Shown here piece after piece: positions 24,630-34,667 of a stretch of DNA of 47,112 nucleotides (position 1 is the first letter of the stretch; each line of letters begins with the position of its first letter). The position numbers were made by a program, and so were the translations under genes. This stretch comes from a virus. Taxonomy: Duplodnaviria; Heunggongvirae; Uroviricota; Caudoviricetes. Where the stretch lies: the IMG/VR virus record IMGVR_UViG_2585427763_000004; one strand, written 5' to 3'. The notes below the pieces were generated by a model. The model saw nothing but the letters and a program-made list of their open reading frames with translations. It did no database searches and was not told the DNA's origin.

Positions 24630-26529
24630 TATGGTGGCCGCCGTTTCGGTTGCGCTGCAGCCTCTGGTCAGGGTTGTACCGATGACGGCAGTTGAATGGG
24701 CTGACCAGTATTATTATCTGCCGAAAGAATCCTCATACGGTGACGGCGAATGGAAAACGCTGCCGTTCCAGATCGCCATCATGAACAGTATGGGGAATGA
24801 TCAGATCCGCACTGTTAATCTGATTAAATCTGCCCGTGTTGGCTATACAAAGATGTTGCTGGGAGTCGCCGGGTATTTTATTGAGCATAAATCCCGAAAC
24901 AGTCTGCTTTTTCAGCCCACGGATTCTGCCGCTGAAGATTTTATGAAGTCTCACGTGGAGGCGACGATTCGGGACGTGCCATGCCTGAAAGATCTTTCCC
25001 CGTGGCTGGGTCGTAAACATCGTGACAATACTCTCACTCTGAAACGCTTTTCATCGGGGGTGGGCTTCTGGTGCCTGGGTGGTGCGGCAGCAAAAAACTA
25101 CCGTGAAAAATCCGTGGACGTGGTCTGCTATGACGAACTTTCCTCGTTCGAGCCGGATGTCGAAAAAGAGGGCTCGCCAACCCTGCTGGGGGATAAGCGT
25201 ATTGAGGGCTCGGTATGGCCAAAATCCATTCGCGGCTCGACGCCTAAAATAAAAGGCTCCTGCCAGATCGAAAAAGCGGCCAACGAGTCGGCGCATTTCA
25301 TGCGTTTTTATGTGCCCTGCCCGCACTGTGGGGAGGCGCAGTATCTGAAATTTGGCGATGAGTCCACGCCTTTTGGCCTTAAATGGGAGAAGGACAGCCC
25401 CGAAAGCGTTTTCTACCTTTGTGAACATCATGGCTGCGTGATCCATCAGTCTGAGCTTGACCAGAGCAACGGGCGGTGGATCTGCGAAAACACGGGGATG
25501 TGGACCCGCGACGGTCTGACGTTTTTCAGCGCCGCGGATAATGAAATTCCGCCGCCGCGCTCCATCACATTCCATATCTGGACGGCGTACAGTCCGTTCA
25601 CCACCTGGGTACAGATTGTCTATGACTGGCTGGATGCACTGAAAGATCCCAACGGCCTGAAAACCTTTGTGAACACCACGCTGGGCGAGACCTGGGAAGA
25701 GGCCGTGGGCGAAAAACTCGATCACCAGGTACTGATGGATAAGGTTGTTCATTACACGGCGGCGGTGCCTGCCCGGGTGGTTTATCTGACGGCGGGCATT
25801 GACTCGCAGCGAAACCGTTTTGAGATGTATGTCTGGGGATGGGCTCCGGGAGAGGAAGCCTTTCTGGTGGATAAAATCATCATTATGGGACGTCCCGATG
25901 AGGAAGAGACGCTGTTACGTGTGGATGCGGCGATCAACAAAAAATACCGCCATGCGGATGGCACCGAAATGACCATTTCCCGTGTCTGCTGGGACACCGG
26001 GGGGATCGATGGTGAAATCGTCTACCAGAGGTCAAAAAAACACGGTGTTTTCCGTGTGCTGCCGGTAAAAGGCGCGTCTGTCTATGGCAAGCCGGTGATC
26101 ACCATGCCGAAAACCCGCAATCAGCGGGGCGTTTATCTGTGTGAAGTGGGGACGGACACCGCAAAAGAAATTCTCTATGCCCGTATGAAAGCCGAGCCCA
26201 CGCCTGCGGATGAAGCCACGTCGTATGCCATCCGTTTTCCTGATGATCCGGAGATTTTTTCGCAGACAGAGGCGCAGCAACTGGTCGCGGAAGAGCTTGT
26301 GGAGAAGTGGGAAAAAGGAAAGATGCGTCTGCTGTGGGATAACAAAAAGCGGCGTAACGAAGCGCTGGACTGCCTGGTGTATGCCTACGCGGCATTACGT
26401 GTGTCCGTGCAACGCTGGCAGCTTGATCTGGCTGTACTGGCAAAATCCCGGGAAGAAGAGACGACCCGGCCAACCCTTAAAGAACTGGCAGCGAAGCTGT
26501 CCGGAGGAGTGAATGGTTACAGTCGCTGA
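24601..26529 (+). CDS. A: Terminase large subunit (gpA-like)
   Basis: Track ORF 24544..26529. Start at MNISEQQ (24601) matches the lambda A N-terminus MNISNSQ. Extensive identity to lambda A as recalled (TAVEWAD..YYLPKES, KSARVGY.KMLLGV, FVNTTLGETWE). Confidence 0.95.
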   Translation: MNISEQQLNNMVAAVSVALQPLVRVVPMTAVEWADQYYYLPKESSYGDGEWKTLPFQIAIMNSMGNDQIRTVNLIKSARVGYTKMLLGVAGYFIEHKSRNSLLFQPTDSAAEDFMKSHVEATIRDVPCLKDLSPWLGRKHRDNTLTLKRFSSGVGFWCLGGAAAKNYREKSVDVVCYDELSSFEPDVEKEGSPTLLGDKRIEGSVWPKSIRGSTPKIKGSCQIEKAANESAHFMRFYVPCPHCGEAQYLKFGDESTPFGLKWEKDSPESVFYLCEHHGCVIHQSELDQSNGRWICENTGMWTRDGLTFFSAADNEIPPPRSITFHIWTAYSPFTTWVQIVYDWLDALKDPNGLKTFVNTTLGETWEEAVGEKLDHQVLMDKVVHYTAAVPARVVYLTAGIDSQRNRFEMYVWGWAPGEEAFLVDKIIIMGRPDEEETLLRVDAAINKKYRHADGTEMTISRVCWDTGGIDGEIVYQRSKKHGVFRVLPVKGASVYGKPVITMPKTRNQRGVYLCEVGTDTAKEILYARMKAEPTPADEATSYAIRFPDDPEIFSQTEAQQLVAEELVEKWEKGKMRLLWDNKKRRNEALDCLVYAYAALRVSVQRWQLDLAVLAKSREEETTRPTLKELAAKLSGGVNGYSR

Positions 26530-26719
26530 ACTGCAGGCGCTGCGTCAGGCGCGCCTTGATTTATTAACCGGTAAACGGGTGGTGTCTGTCCAGAAAGATG
26601 GTCGCAGAATTGAATATACGGCAGCTTCTCTGGATGAGCTTAACCGGGCGATCAATGATGCGGAGTCGGTACTGGGGACAACCCGCCGTCGCCGTCGTCC
26701 GCTGGGAGTGAGGTTATGA
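26513..26719 (+). CDS. W: Head-tail joining protein gpW
   Basis: 68-aa ORF. LLTGKRVVSVQKDGRRIEYTAASL matches lambda W ([24 protein letters not shown]). RBS GGAGGAG. Confidence 0.85.
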   Translation: MVTVAELQALRQARLDLLTGKRVVSVQKDGRRIEYTAASLDELNRAINDAESVLGTTRRRRRPLGVRL

Positions 26720-28308
26720 AACGAACGCCTGTCCTGATTGATGTGAACGGCGTTCCGCTTCGGGAGAGCCTCAGCTACAACGGTGGCGGTGCAGGATTTG
26801 GCGGGCAAATGGCAGAGTGGTTGCCACCCTCGCAGAGTGCCGATGCGGCCCTGCTGCCCGCGTTGCGTCTGGGGAATGCCCGTGCAGATGATCTGGTGCG
26901 CAATAACGGAATAGCGGCCAATGCGGTGGCCCTGCATAAGGATCACATTGTCGGGCATATGTTTCTTATCAGCTACCGTCCGAACTGGCGCTGGCTGGGG
27001 ATGCGGGAGACCGCGGCAAAAAGTTTTGTCGATGAGGTGGAGGCGGCCTGGTCAGAATACGCAGAAGGGATGTTTGGTGAGATCGACGTGGAAGGGAAAC
27101 GCACGTTTACGGAATTTATCCGTGAAGGTGTGGGCGTTCATGCGTTTAACGGCGAAATCTTTGTGCAGCCGGTCTGGGATACGGAGAGTACGCAACTGTT
27201 TCGTACGCGTTTTAAAGCCGTGAGTCCGAAACGGGTGGACACGCCAGGACACGGTATCGGGAACCGTTTTCTGCGGGCCGGTGTGGAGGTTGATCGATAT
27301 GGCCGTGCCGTTGCGTACCATATCTGTGAGGATGATTTTCCTCGCTCCGGGAGTGGACGATGGGAACGGATCCCGCGTGAACTACCCACCGGGCGTCCGG
27401 CCATGCTGCATATTTTCGAGCCGGTGGAGGACGGGCAGACCCGTGGAGCCAATCAGTTTTACAGCGTTATGGAACGGCTGAAGATGCTGGATTCCCTGCA
27501 GGCAACACAGCTTCAGTCGGCCATAGTGAAGGCGATGTATGCAGCGACGATTGAAAGTGACCTTGATACCGAAAAGGCCTTTGAATATATCGCCGGTGCG
27601 CCGCAGGGGCAGAAGGATAATCCGCTTATTAATATTCTGGATAAGTTCTCCACCTGGTATGACACGAATAGCGTGACGCTGGGCGGTGTCAAAATTCCGC
27701 ACCTTTTCCCCGGTGATGATCTGAAACTTCAGACCGCGCAGGATTCAGACAATGGATTTTCGGCGCTTGAACAGGCGCTGCTGCGGTATATCGCCGCCGG
27801 TCTTGGCGTTTCCTACGAACAGTTGTCCCGTGATTACTCGAAGGTCAGTTACTCAAGTGCCCGCGCATCCGCCAATGAGTCGTGGCGCTATTTTATGGGG
27901 CGGCGAAAATTTATTGCGTCCCGGCTGGCCACGCAGATGTTTTCCTGCTGGCTGGAAGAGGCACTTCTTCGGGGGATTATTCGTCCGCCACGGGCACGTT
28001 TTGATTTTTATCAGGCGCGATCAGCCTGGTCACGGGCTGAGTGGATTGGAGCCGGAAGAATGGCCATTGACGGGCTCAAGGAGGTTCAGGAATCAGTGAT
28101 GCGCATTGAGGCCGGACTGAGCACGTATGAGAAAGAGCTGGCGCTGATGGGCGAGGATTATCAGGACATTTTCCGCCAGCAGGTCAGGGAATCTGCAGAG
28201 CGGGAAAAAGCCGGACTCTCACGTCCGGTGTGGATAGCGCAGGCGTATCAGCAGCAGATAGCGGAGAGTCGCAGGCCGGAAGAGGAGACAACACCACGTG
28301 AGACGTAA
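26716..28308 (+). CDS. B: Portal protein gpB
   Basis: 530-aa ORF. Strong identity to lambda B as recalled (GNARADDLVRNNG, FEPVEDGQTRGANQFYSVME, LRYIAAGLGVSYEQLSR). Confidence 0.95.
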   Translation: MKRTPVLIDVNGVPLRESLSYNGGGAGFGGQMAEWLPPSQSADAALLPALRLGNARADDLVRNNGIAANAVALHKDHIVGHMFLISYRPNWRWLGMRETAAKSFVDEVEAAWSEYAEGMFGEIDVEGKRTFTEFIREGVGVHAFNGEIFVQPVWDTESTQLFRTRFKAVSPKRVDTPGHGIGNRFLRAGVEVDRYGRAVAYHICEDDFPRSGSGRWERIPRELPTGRPAMLHIFEPVEDGQTRGANQFYSVMERLKMLDSLQATQLQSAIVKAMYAATIESDLDTEKAFEYIAGAPQGQKDNPLINILDKFSTWYDTNSVTLGGVKIPHLFPGDDLKLQTAQDSDNGFSALEQALLRYIAAGLGVSYEQLSRDYSKVSYSSARASANESWRYFMGRRKFIASRLATQMFSCWLEEALLRGIIRPPRARFDFYQARSAWSRAEWIGAGRMAIDGLKEVQESVMRIEAGLSTYEKELALMGEDYQDIFRQQVRESAEREKAGLSRPVWIAQAYQQQIAESRRPEEETTPRET

Positions 28309-29803
28309 TCTTTCACACATTATTGCCGCAGCATTCAATGAACCGCTGCTTCTGGAGCCCGCCTATGCGCGGGTTTTCTTTTGCGCGCTCGGGCGCGAGA
28401 TGGGGGCAGCAAGTCTTTCGGTACCACAACAGCAGGTACAGCTTGATGCTCCCGGAATGCTGGCTGAAACGGACGAGTACATGGCCGGAGGTAAACGACC
28501 GGCCCGTGTTTACCGGGTGGTGAACGGTATTGCGGTACTGCCGGTGAGCGGCACGCTGGTGCACCGGCTGGGGGGGATGCGGCCATTTTCCGGAATGACT
28601 GGCTATGACGGCATTGTCGCCTGTCTTCAGCAGGCAATGGCAGATAGCCAGGTGCGGGGCATACTGCTGGACATTGACAGTCCGGGCGGGCAGGCCGCCG
28701 GCGCGTTTGACTGCGCTGACATGATTTACCGCCTCCGTCAGCAGAAGCCGGTCTGGGCACTGTGCAATGACACGGCCTGTTCTGCAGCCATGCTGCTGGC
28801 GTCGGCCTGCTCCCGACGGCTGGTTACCCAGACATCCCGTATCGGCTCCATTGGCGTGATGATGAGCCATGTCAGCTATGCCGGTCATCTGGCGCAGGCC
28901 GGTGTGGATATCACGCTGATTTATGCCGGGGCGCACAAGGTGGATGGCAATCAGTTTGAAGCGTTGCCGGCAGAGGTTCGCCAGGATATGCAGCAGCGGA
29001 TTGATGCGGCGCACCGGATGTTTGCCGAAAAAGTGGCGATGTATACCGGGTTGTCTGTGGATGCGGTCACGGGAACAGAGGCCGCCGTTTTTGAAGGTCA
29101 GTCCGGCATTGAGGCCGGGCTGGCGGATGAATTAATCAATGCGTCGGATGCCATCAGTGTGATGGCCACGGCGCTGAACAGTAATGTCAGAGGAGGCACT
29201 ATGCCGCAATTAACTGCAACGGAAGCCGCCGTGCAGGAGAACCAGCGAGTGATGGGGATCCTGACATGCCAGGAAGCGAAAGGACGTGAACAGCTTGCCA
29301 CGATGCTGGCAGGGCAACAGGGCATGAGCGTTGAACAGGCCCGGGCTATTCTGGCCGCGGCGGCACCGCAGCAGCCGGTGGCATCCGCGCAGAGTGAAGC
29401 CGATCGCATTATGGCGTGTGAAGAAGCGAACGGTCGTGAACAACTGGCAGTAACGCTGGCGGCGATGCCGGAGATGACGGTGGAAAAAGCCCGCCCGATC
29501 CTGGCTGCTTCACCGCAGGCGAATGCCGGACCATCACTCCGTGATCAGATCATGGCACTGGATGAGGCAAAAGGGGCTGAGGCGCAGGCTGAACAGCTGG
29601 CTGCCTGCCCGGGAATGACCGTGGAGAGCGCCCGGGCTGTGCTGGCTGCGGGCTCAGGTAAGGCAGAACCGGTCTCTGCATCCACAACCGCCCTGTTTGA
29701 ACATTTCATGGCGAACCATTCACCGGCTGCGGTCCAGGGGGGCGTGTCACAGGCGTCAGAAGACGGTGATGCGGACGTGAAAATGCTCATGGCCATGCCA
29801 TGA
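28298..29803 (+). CDS. C: Prohead protease / minor capsid protein gpC (S49 family) with C-terminal scaffold domain
   Basis: 501-aa ORF with GTG start. N-terminal half matches lambda C (AFNEPLLLEPAYARVFFCAL, GIAVLPVSGTLV). C-terminal part is Nu3-like. Confidence 0.9.
   Translation: MRRNLSHIIAAAFNEPLLLEPAYARVFFCALGREMGAASLSVPQQQVQLDAPGMLAETDEYMAGGKRPARVYRVVNGIAVLPVSGTLVHRLGGMRPFSGMTGYDGIVACLQQAMADSQVRGILLDIDSPGGQAAGAFDCADMIYRLRQQKPVWALCNDTACSAAMLLASACSRRLVTQTSRIGSIGVMMSHVSYAGHLAQAGVDITLIYAGAHKVDGNQFEALPAEVRQDMQQRIDAAHRMFAEKVAMYTGLSVDAVTGTEAAVFEGQSGIEAGLADELINASDAISVMATALNSNVRGGTMPQLTATEAAVQENQRVMGILTCQEAKGREQLATMLAGQQGMSVEQARAILAAAAPQQPVASAQSEADRIMACEEANGREQLAVTLAAMPEMTVEKARPILAASPQANAGPSLRDQIMALDEAKGAEAQAEQLAACPGMTVESARAVLAAGSGKAEPVSASTTALFEHFMANHSPAAVQGGVSQASEDGDADVKMLMAMP
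29201..29803 (+). CDS. nu3: Nu3-like scaffold protein from an in-frame internal start within C
   Basis: ATG at 29201 in the C frame, preceded by AGGAGG (4-nt spacer). Product begins MPQLTATEAAVQENQRVMGIL, like lambda Nu3 (NSRIMGIL). Contains three tandem about 45-aa repeats. Confidence 0.5.
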   Translation: MPQLTATEAAVQENQRVMGILTCQEAKGREQLATMLAGQQGMSVEQARAILAAAAPQQPVASAQSEADRIMACEEANGREQLAVTLAAMPEMTVEKARPILAASPQANAGPSLRDQIMALDEAKGAEAQAEQLAACPGMTVESARAVLAAGSGKAEPVSASTTALFEHFMANHSPAAVQGGVSQASEDGDADVKMLMAMP

Positions 29804-29839
29804 AGTCAGTGCTGAACATCAATACGAGGTTTTAACAAT

Positions 29840-30187
29840 ATGGTGACGAAAACCATCACTGAACAGCGTGCGGAAGTACGTATTTTTGCCGGTAATGATC
29901 CGGCTCACACCGCCACAGGCAGCAGCGGGATTTCCTCGGCAACACCAGCACTGACACCCCTGATGCTGGATGGGGCCACCGGGAAACTGGTGGTCTGGGA
30001 CGGACAGAAAGCCGGTAGTGCGGTTGGCATACTGGTACTGCCGCTTGAAGGCACAGAGGCGGTGCTGACGTATTACAAGTCGGGGACCTTTGCGACGGAG
30101 GCAATCCGCTGGCCTGAAAGTGTGGATGAACACAAAAAGGCCAACGCCTTTACCGGCAGTGCCCTGAGTCACGCGGCGCTGCCGTAA
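29840..30187 (+). CDS. D: Head decoration protein gpD
   Basis: 115-aa ORF. NDPAHTAT, TPLMLD, VVWDG, AVGIL, YKSGTF match lambda D as recalled. Confidence 0.9.
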   Translation: MVTKTITEQRAEVRIFAGNDPAHTATGSSGISSATPALTPLMLDGATGKLVVWDGQKAGSAVGILVLPLEGTEAVLTYYKSGTFATEAIRWPESVDEHKKANAFTGSALSHAALP

Positions 30188-30244
30188 CACGTTATCAGGC
30201 CACCGCGTTGGCCTGACTGATTTCTTAATGAAAGGAACTGATTT

Positions 30245-31273
30245 ATGGGATTGTTTACGACCCGCCAGTTACTCGGTTATACCGAACAAAAAGTGAAATT
30301 CCGTGCGCTGTTTCTGGAGCTGTTTTTCCGCCGTACGGTGAATTTCCACACCGAAGAGGTGATGCTGGACAAAATTACCGGAAAAACGCCGGTGGCGGCC
30401 TATGTCTCCCCGATCGTTGAAGGAAAAGTGCTTCGCCATCGCGGTGGTGAAACCCGCGTGTTACGTCCGGGCTACGTCAAGCCCAAACACGAATTTAATT
30501 ACCAGCAGGCGGTTGAGCGCCTTCCTGGTGAAGATCCGGCTCAGCTGAACGACCCGGCCTACCGTCGTCTGCGTATCATTACCGATAACCTCAAACAGGA
30601 AGAGCACGCTATTGTCCAGGTGGAAGAAATGCAGGCGGTGAATGCCGTGCTGTATGGCAAATATACGATGGAAGGAGACCAGTTCGAGAAAATTGAAGTC
30701 GATTTTGGCCGATCGACGAAGAATAACATCATACAAGGTAGCGGTAAGGAGTGGTCAAAACAGGATCGTGACACGTTCGACCCGACATATGATATCGACC
30801 TTTTCTGTGATCAGGCCAGTGGTCTTGTGAATATTGCCATTATGGACGGTACCGTCTGGCGTCTGCTGAATGGCTTTAAGCTTTTCCGCGAAAAACTGGA
30901 TACCCGTCGCGGTTCAAATTCACAACTCGAAACGGCAGTGAAAGATCTGGGCGCAGTGGTATCCTTCAAGGGGTATTACGGCGATCTGGCCATTGTGGTA
31001 GCGAAAACGTCTTATGTGGCAGAGGACGGTACCGAAAAACGTTATCTGCCGGAGGGCACGCTGGTGCTGGGGAATACGGCAGCAGAGGGGATTCGTTGCT
31101 ATGGAGCCATTAAGGATGCACAGGCGTTGTCTGAAGGAGTGGTGGCTTCTTCCCGTTACCCGAAACACTGGCTGACCGTGGGCGATCCGTCCTGTGAATT
31201 CACCATGACGCAGTCCGCGCCGCTGATGGTGCTGCCGGATCCGGATGAGTTTGTGGTGGTACAGGTGAAATAA
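30245..31273 (+). CDS. E: Major capsid protein gpE
   Basis: 342-aa ORF. Extensive identity to lambda E as recalled (YVSPIV, PGYVKPKHE, EEMQAV.AVL.GKYTM, KLDTRRGSNS.LETAVKDLG). Confidence 0.95.
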   Translation: MGLFTTRQLLGYTEQKVKFRALFLELFFRRTVNFHTEEVMLDKITGKTPVAAYVSPIVEGKVLRHRGGETRVLRPGYVKPKHEFNYQQAVERLPGEDPAQLNDPAYRRLRIITDNLKQEEHAIVQVEEMQAVNAVLYGKYTMEGDQFEKIEVDFGRSTKNNIIQGSGKEWSKQDRDTFDPTYDIDLFCDQASGLVNIAIMDGTVWRLLNGFKLFREKLDTRRGSNSQLETAVKDLGAVVSFKGYYGDLAIVVAKTSYVAEDGTEKRYLPEGTLVLGNTAAEGIRCYGAIKDAQALSEGVVASSRYPKHWLTVGDPSCEFTMTQSAPLMVLPDPDEFVVVQVK

Positions 31274-31324
31274 TCCGTGAGCGGGGGCGAAATGCCCCCG
31301 TGTTTTTTTCACAGGGAGCTGGAT

Positions 31325-31693
31325 ATGGCAACAAAAGAAGAAAATCAGAAACGTCTTCGTGAACTGGCTGGTCTGCTGGGGCGCGAGGCGGATATGTCGG
31401 GGAGTGCTGCGGATATCGCACAGCGTGTGGCAGAGTGGGAAGAGGAGGTTTGCGCCTCGGAAAATGAAATCGCAGATGTTGATGATACCGTTCATGAGCA
31501 GGCATGCAGGCACACCGGTGAGGATGACGTTGGTATTCTGGAACGTATCAGGCTTCTGAAGTGTTTTTACCTGTGTGGTGTTGACGATGAAACAGGTGGG
31601 CCTGTTGAGCATGTTGATGCTGGCAGAGTAATTCTGATGCCCCCCTCAGTGGCAAAAGACATGGTCAGGAGCGGAGTGGCCGTTTATGCGTGA
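31325..31693 (+). CDS. FI: DNA packaging protein FI
   Basis: Track ORF 31277..31693; likely start at MATKEENQKRL (31325). Acidic protein between E and FII. Assigned by position with weak resemblance to lambda FI. Confidence 0.65.
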   Translation: MATKEENQKRLRELAGLLGREADMSGSAADIAQRVAEWEEEVCASENEIADVDDTVHEQACRHTGEDDVGILERIRLLKCFYLCGVDDETGGPVEHVDAGRVILMPPSVAKDMVRSGVAVYA

Positions 31694-32039
31694 TTTTGAG
31701 AATTCCTTTGATGCTGCCCTTGCCGGGGTGGACAGAACGATTGTTGAAGTGATGGGGCTCTGTGCGCAGTTCACCTCGGGGGCACAGTGTGGCAGCGAAG
31801 TTCAGGGGGTTTTTGACGATCCGGAGTCGCTGGGTTTTGCCGGTGGCGGGGTCCGTATTGAAGGAAGCAGCCCGTCATTATTTGTGCGGACGGATACGGT
31901 GCGTGCCGTGCGGCGTGGTGACACGCTGACCATTAACGGCGAGATGTTCTGGGTGGATCGTGTTTCTCCGGATGACGGGGGAAGCTGTTATCTCTGGCTC
32001 AACCGTGGGCAACCACCCGCTGTTAACCGGCGACGATAA
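31686..32039 (+). CDS. FII: Head-tail connector protein FII
   Basis: 117-aa ORF. GVRIEGSSPSLFVRTD...RRGDTLTI...FWVDRVSPDDGGSC.LWL.RG.PPAVNRRR is near-identical to the lambda FII C-terminus as recalled. Confidence 0.9.
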   Translation: MRDFENSFDAALAGVDRTIVEVMGLCAQFTSGAQCGSEVQGVFDDPESLGFAGGGVRIEGSSPSLFVRTDTVRAVRRGDTLTINGEMFWVDRVSPDDGGSCYLWLNRGQPPAVNRRR

Positions 32040-32054
32040 ACGCAGGGTGAAATT

Positions 32055-32630
32055 ATGGCGATAAAAGGGCTTGATCAGGCGATTGATAATCTGAGCCGGG
32101 TTCGTAAAAACGCCATTCCGGCGGCTTCAGCAATGACGATTAACCGCGTGGCCACAACGGCGATTAATCAGTCTTCATCACAGGTTGCCCGGGAGACAAA
32201 GGTACGCCGGAAACTGGTTAAGGAACGGTCCAGACTGAAACGGGCCACGGTCAGAAATCCGAATGCCAGAATTATCGTTAACCGCGGTGATCTCCCTGTG
32301 ATTAAGCTGGGGATCAGAATGCTGGGGCGTCGTCCGGACAGCATACTCAAAGCCGGTCAGCATCGTTATCAGCGGGCATTTATCCAGCGATTAAATAATG
32401 GGCGCTGGCATGTTATGCAACGTCTTCCTCAGGCCAGATATGAGGAGGGCAATGACGACAAGGGAAGGAAAAAGCGTAATCGCCTTCCCATTCAGGTGGT
32501 GAAAATCCCGATGGCGGCCCCACTGAAACAGGCATTTGATGAGAATGTTGACCGTATCCGGCGTGAACGCCTGCCTAAAGAACTGGCATACGCGCTGAAA
32601 CAACAACTGAGGATTGCGATAAAACGATGA
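32055..32630 (+). CDS. Z: Tail completion protein gpZ
   Basis: 191-aa ORF. N-terminus MAIKGLDQAIDNLSR and C-terminus RIRRERLPKEL match lambda Z as recalled. Confidence 0.9.
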   Translation: MAIKGLDQAIDNLSRVRKNAIPAASAMTINRVATTAINQSSSQVARETKVRRKLVKERSRLKRATVRNPNARIIVNRGDLPVIKLGIRMLGRRPDSILKAGQHRYQRAFIQRLNNGRWHVMQRLPQARYEEGNDDKGRKKRNRLPIQVVKIPMAAPLKQAFDENVDRIRRERLPKELAYALKQQLRIAIKR

Positions 32631-33022
32631 AACACACTGACATTCGTGCCGCAGTGCTGGATGCACTCGAGCAGCATGAACACGGGGCGACGCTGTTTGA
32701 TGGTCGCCCCGTTGTTTTTGACGAAGAGGATTTTCCTGCGATCGCGGTTTATCTGACGGATGCAGAGTATACCGGTGAAGAGCTGGATGCAGATACCTGG
32801 CGGGCCACGCTGCATATTGAGGTGTTTTTACCGGCACAGGTACCGGATTCAGAGCTCGATCAGTGGATGGAAAGCCGGATTTACCCGGCGATGACCGCGA
32901 TCCCGGCACTGGCAGGACTGATTACCACGATGGTTACGCAGGGCTATGAGTATCGTCGTGATGACGATATGGCGTTATGGAGTTCTGCAGATCTGACTTA
33001 TTCCATTACATACGAGATGTGA
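32627..33022 (+). CDS. U: Tail terminator protein gpU
   Basis: 131-aa [18 protein letters not shown]...[24 protein letters not shown] is near-identical to lambda U as recalled. Confidence 0.9.
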   Translation: MKHTDIRAAVLDALEQHEHGATLFDGRPVVFDEEDFPAIAVYLTDAEYTGEELDADTWRATLHIEVFLPAQVPDSELDQWMESRIYPAMTAIPALAGLITTMVTQGYEYRRDDDMALWSSADLTYSITYEM

Positions 33023-33029
33023 GGACGAT

Positions 33030-33782
33030 ATGGCAACACCAAATCCTCTTGAGCCGGTAAAAGGTGCCGGTACCACTCTGTGGGTTTACAACGGCAAGGG
33101 TGATGCTTATGCAAACCCGTTGTCAGACGATGACTGGCAGCGACTGGCTAAGGTGAAGGATCTGACGCCGGGCGAGATGACGGCAGAATCCTACGATGAT
33201 AACTACCTGGATGATGAAGACGCGGACTGGACCGCGACCGGGCAGGGGCAGAAATCTGCAGGTGATACCAGTTTTACGCTGGCCTGGAAACCGGGAGAGG
33301 AAGGCCAGAAAGGGCTTATAGGCTGGTTTGAAAGCGGCGATGTCCGGGCCTATAAAATCCGTTTTCCGAATGGCACGGTGGATGTGTTTCGTGGCTGGGT
33401 CAGCAGTATCGGTAAGGCCGTGACGGCGAAAGAAGTGATCACCCGCACGGTGAAAGTCACTAACGTGGGTAAACCTTCTGTAGCGGAAGAACGCAGCAAA
33501 ATTACGCCGGTCAGTGCGATTAAGGTGACGCCGACATCCGGTACGGTGGCAAAAGGGAAAACAACCACCCTGACGGTTTCTTTTGAGCCGGAAAGTGCAA
33601 CCGACAAGACGTTCAGAGCGGTTTCCGCCGATCCGTCGAAAGCCACCATTAGTGTGAAAGATATGACAATTACGGTAAACGGCGTGGCGACAGGTAAGGT
33701 GCAGATCCCTGTGGTGAGCGGAAATGGTCAGTTCGCCGCAGTGGCTGAAGTCACCGTTACTGAAGCGGGCGCTGCAGGGTAA
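33030..33782 (+). CDS. V: Major tail tube protein gpV (with C-terminal Ig-like domain)
   Basis: 250-aa ORF in the V position. C-terminal Big_2-like region ([34 protein letters not shown]). Confidence 0.9.
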   Translation: MATPNPLEPVKGAGTTLWVYNGKGDAYANPLSDDDWQRLAKVKDLTPGEMTAESYDDNYLDDEDADWTATGQGQKSAGDTSFTLAWKPGEEGQKGLIGWFESGDVRAYKIRFPNGTVDVFRGWVSSIGKAVTAKEVITRTVKVTNVGKPSVAEERSKITPVSAIKVTPTSGTVAKGKTTTLTVSFEPESATDKTFRAVSADPSKATISVKDMTITVNGVATGKVQIPVVSGNGQFAAVAEVTVTEAGAAG

Positions 33783-33795
33783 ACGGAGGTAATAC

Positions 33796-34227
33796 ATGTT
33801 TCTGAAAACAGAACAATTTGAATATAACGGTGTGTCTGTCACGCTTTCCGAATTGTCTGCGCTGCAGCGTATCGAGCATCTTGCCCTCCTGAAACGGCGT
33901 GCAGAACAGGCAGAATCCTGCGGCAACCTGCAGGTAAGCGTGGAAGATCTCGTCAGAACCGGCGCGTTTCTGGTGGCGATGTCCCTGTGGCATAACCATC
34001 CACAGAAAACGCAGTCACCGTCAATGAATGAGGCCGTGATGAAGATAGAGCAGGAAGTGCTCACCACCTGGCCTGCCGATGCCATTGCCCGGGCGGAAGA
34101 CGTGGTGTTGTGCCTGTCCGGGATGATCGAAGCTGTTCGTCCGGATACTGATATTACTGAAGTGGCGAAAAATAACACGCTGACTGATGATGATTTTTCT
34201 GCGGGAAAGTCTTCGACGGCGAGCTGA
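33796..34227 (+). CDS. G: Tail assembly chaperone gpG
   Basis: 143-aa ORF. MFLKTEQFEYNGVSVTLSELSALQRIEHLAL matches lambda G. Slippery heptamer G GGA AAG at 34203-34209 near the 3' end. Confidence 0.9.
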   Translation: MFLKTEQFEYNGVSVTLSELSALQRIEHLALLKRRAEQAESCGNLQVSVEDLVRTGAFLVAMSLWHNHPQKTQSPSMNEAVMKIEQEVLTTWPADAIARAEDVVLCLSGMIEAVRPDTDITEVAKNNTLTDDDFSAGKSSTAS

Positions 34228-34667
34228 ACTTTGCCCTCAGACTGGCGCGTGAGATGGGGAGACCCGACTGGCGCACCATGCTTGCCGGGATGACATCCAC
34301 CGAATATGCCGACTGGCACCGTTTTTACCGCACGCATTATTTTCAGGATACCCAGCTGGATATGCATTTTTCCGGGCTGACGTACGCTGTACTCAGCCTG
34401 TTTTTTTGCGATCCGGATATGCATCCCTCTGATTTCAGTCTGCTTGTCCCCCGGCATGAGGAAGAGCAGGTGGAGAGGCCGGATGAGGACAAAATGCTGA
34501 TGCAGAAAGCGGCAGGACTTGCCGGCGGCGTCCGGTTCGGTGGGGACGGAGGGCGCGATATTTTATCGTCTGCGGATGTGGCGGATGTCATGGTGGATGA
34601 TGCCGCATTAATGATGGCTTCAGCGGGGATTCCGGGAGGTGTGAGATATGTCCCAGCCGGTTGGTGA
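33796..34667 (+). CDS. T: Tail assembly chaperone G-T fusion, produced by programmed -1 ribosomal frameshift at GGGAAAG (34203-34209)
   Basis: The -1 frame from the heptamer reads KVFDGELNFALRLAREMGRPDWRTMLAGM..., continuous with the track ORF 34254..34667 and matching lambda gpT as recalled. Heptamer X XXY YYZ in the G frame. Confidence 0.75.

Noticed and set aside
25051-25752. 233-aa minus-strand ORF within the terminase large subunit gene
   Set aside because: Antisense to a gene with extensive lambda gpA identity. No independent support.
33123-34457. 444-aa minus-strand ORF opposite the V, G and T genes
   Set aside because: Antisense to strongly supported lambda-like tail genes. Composition is Arg/Cys/His-rich and unlike a protein. 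Long antisense ORFs are expected in GC-rich coding DNA.
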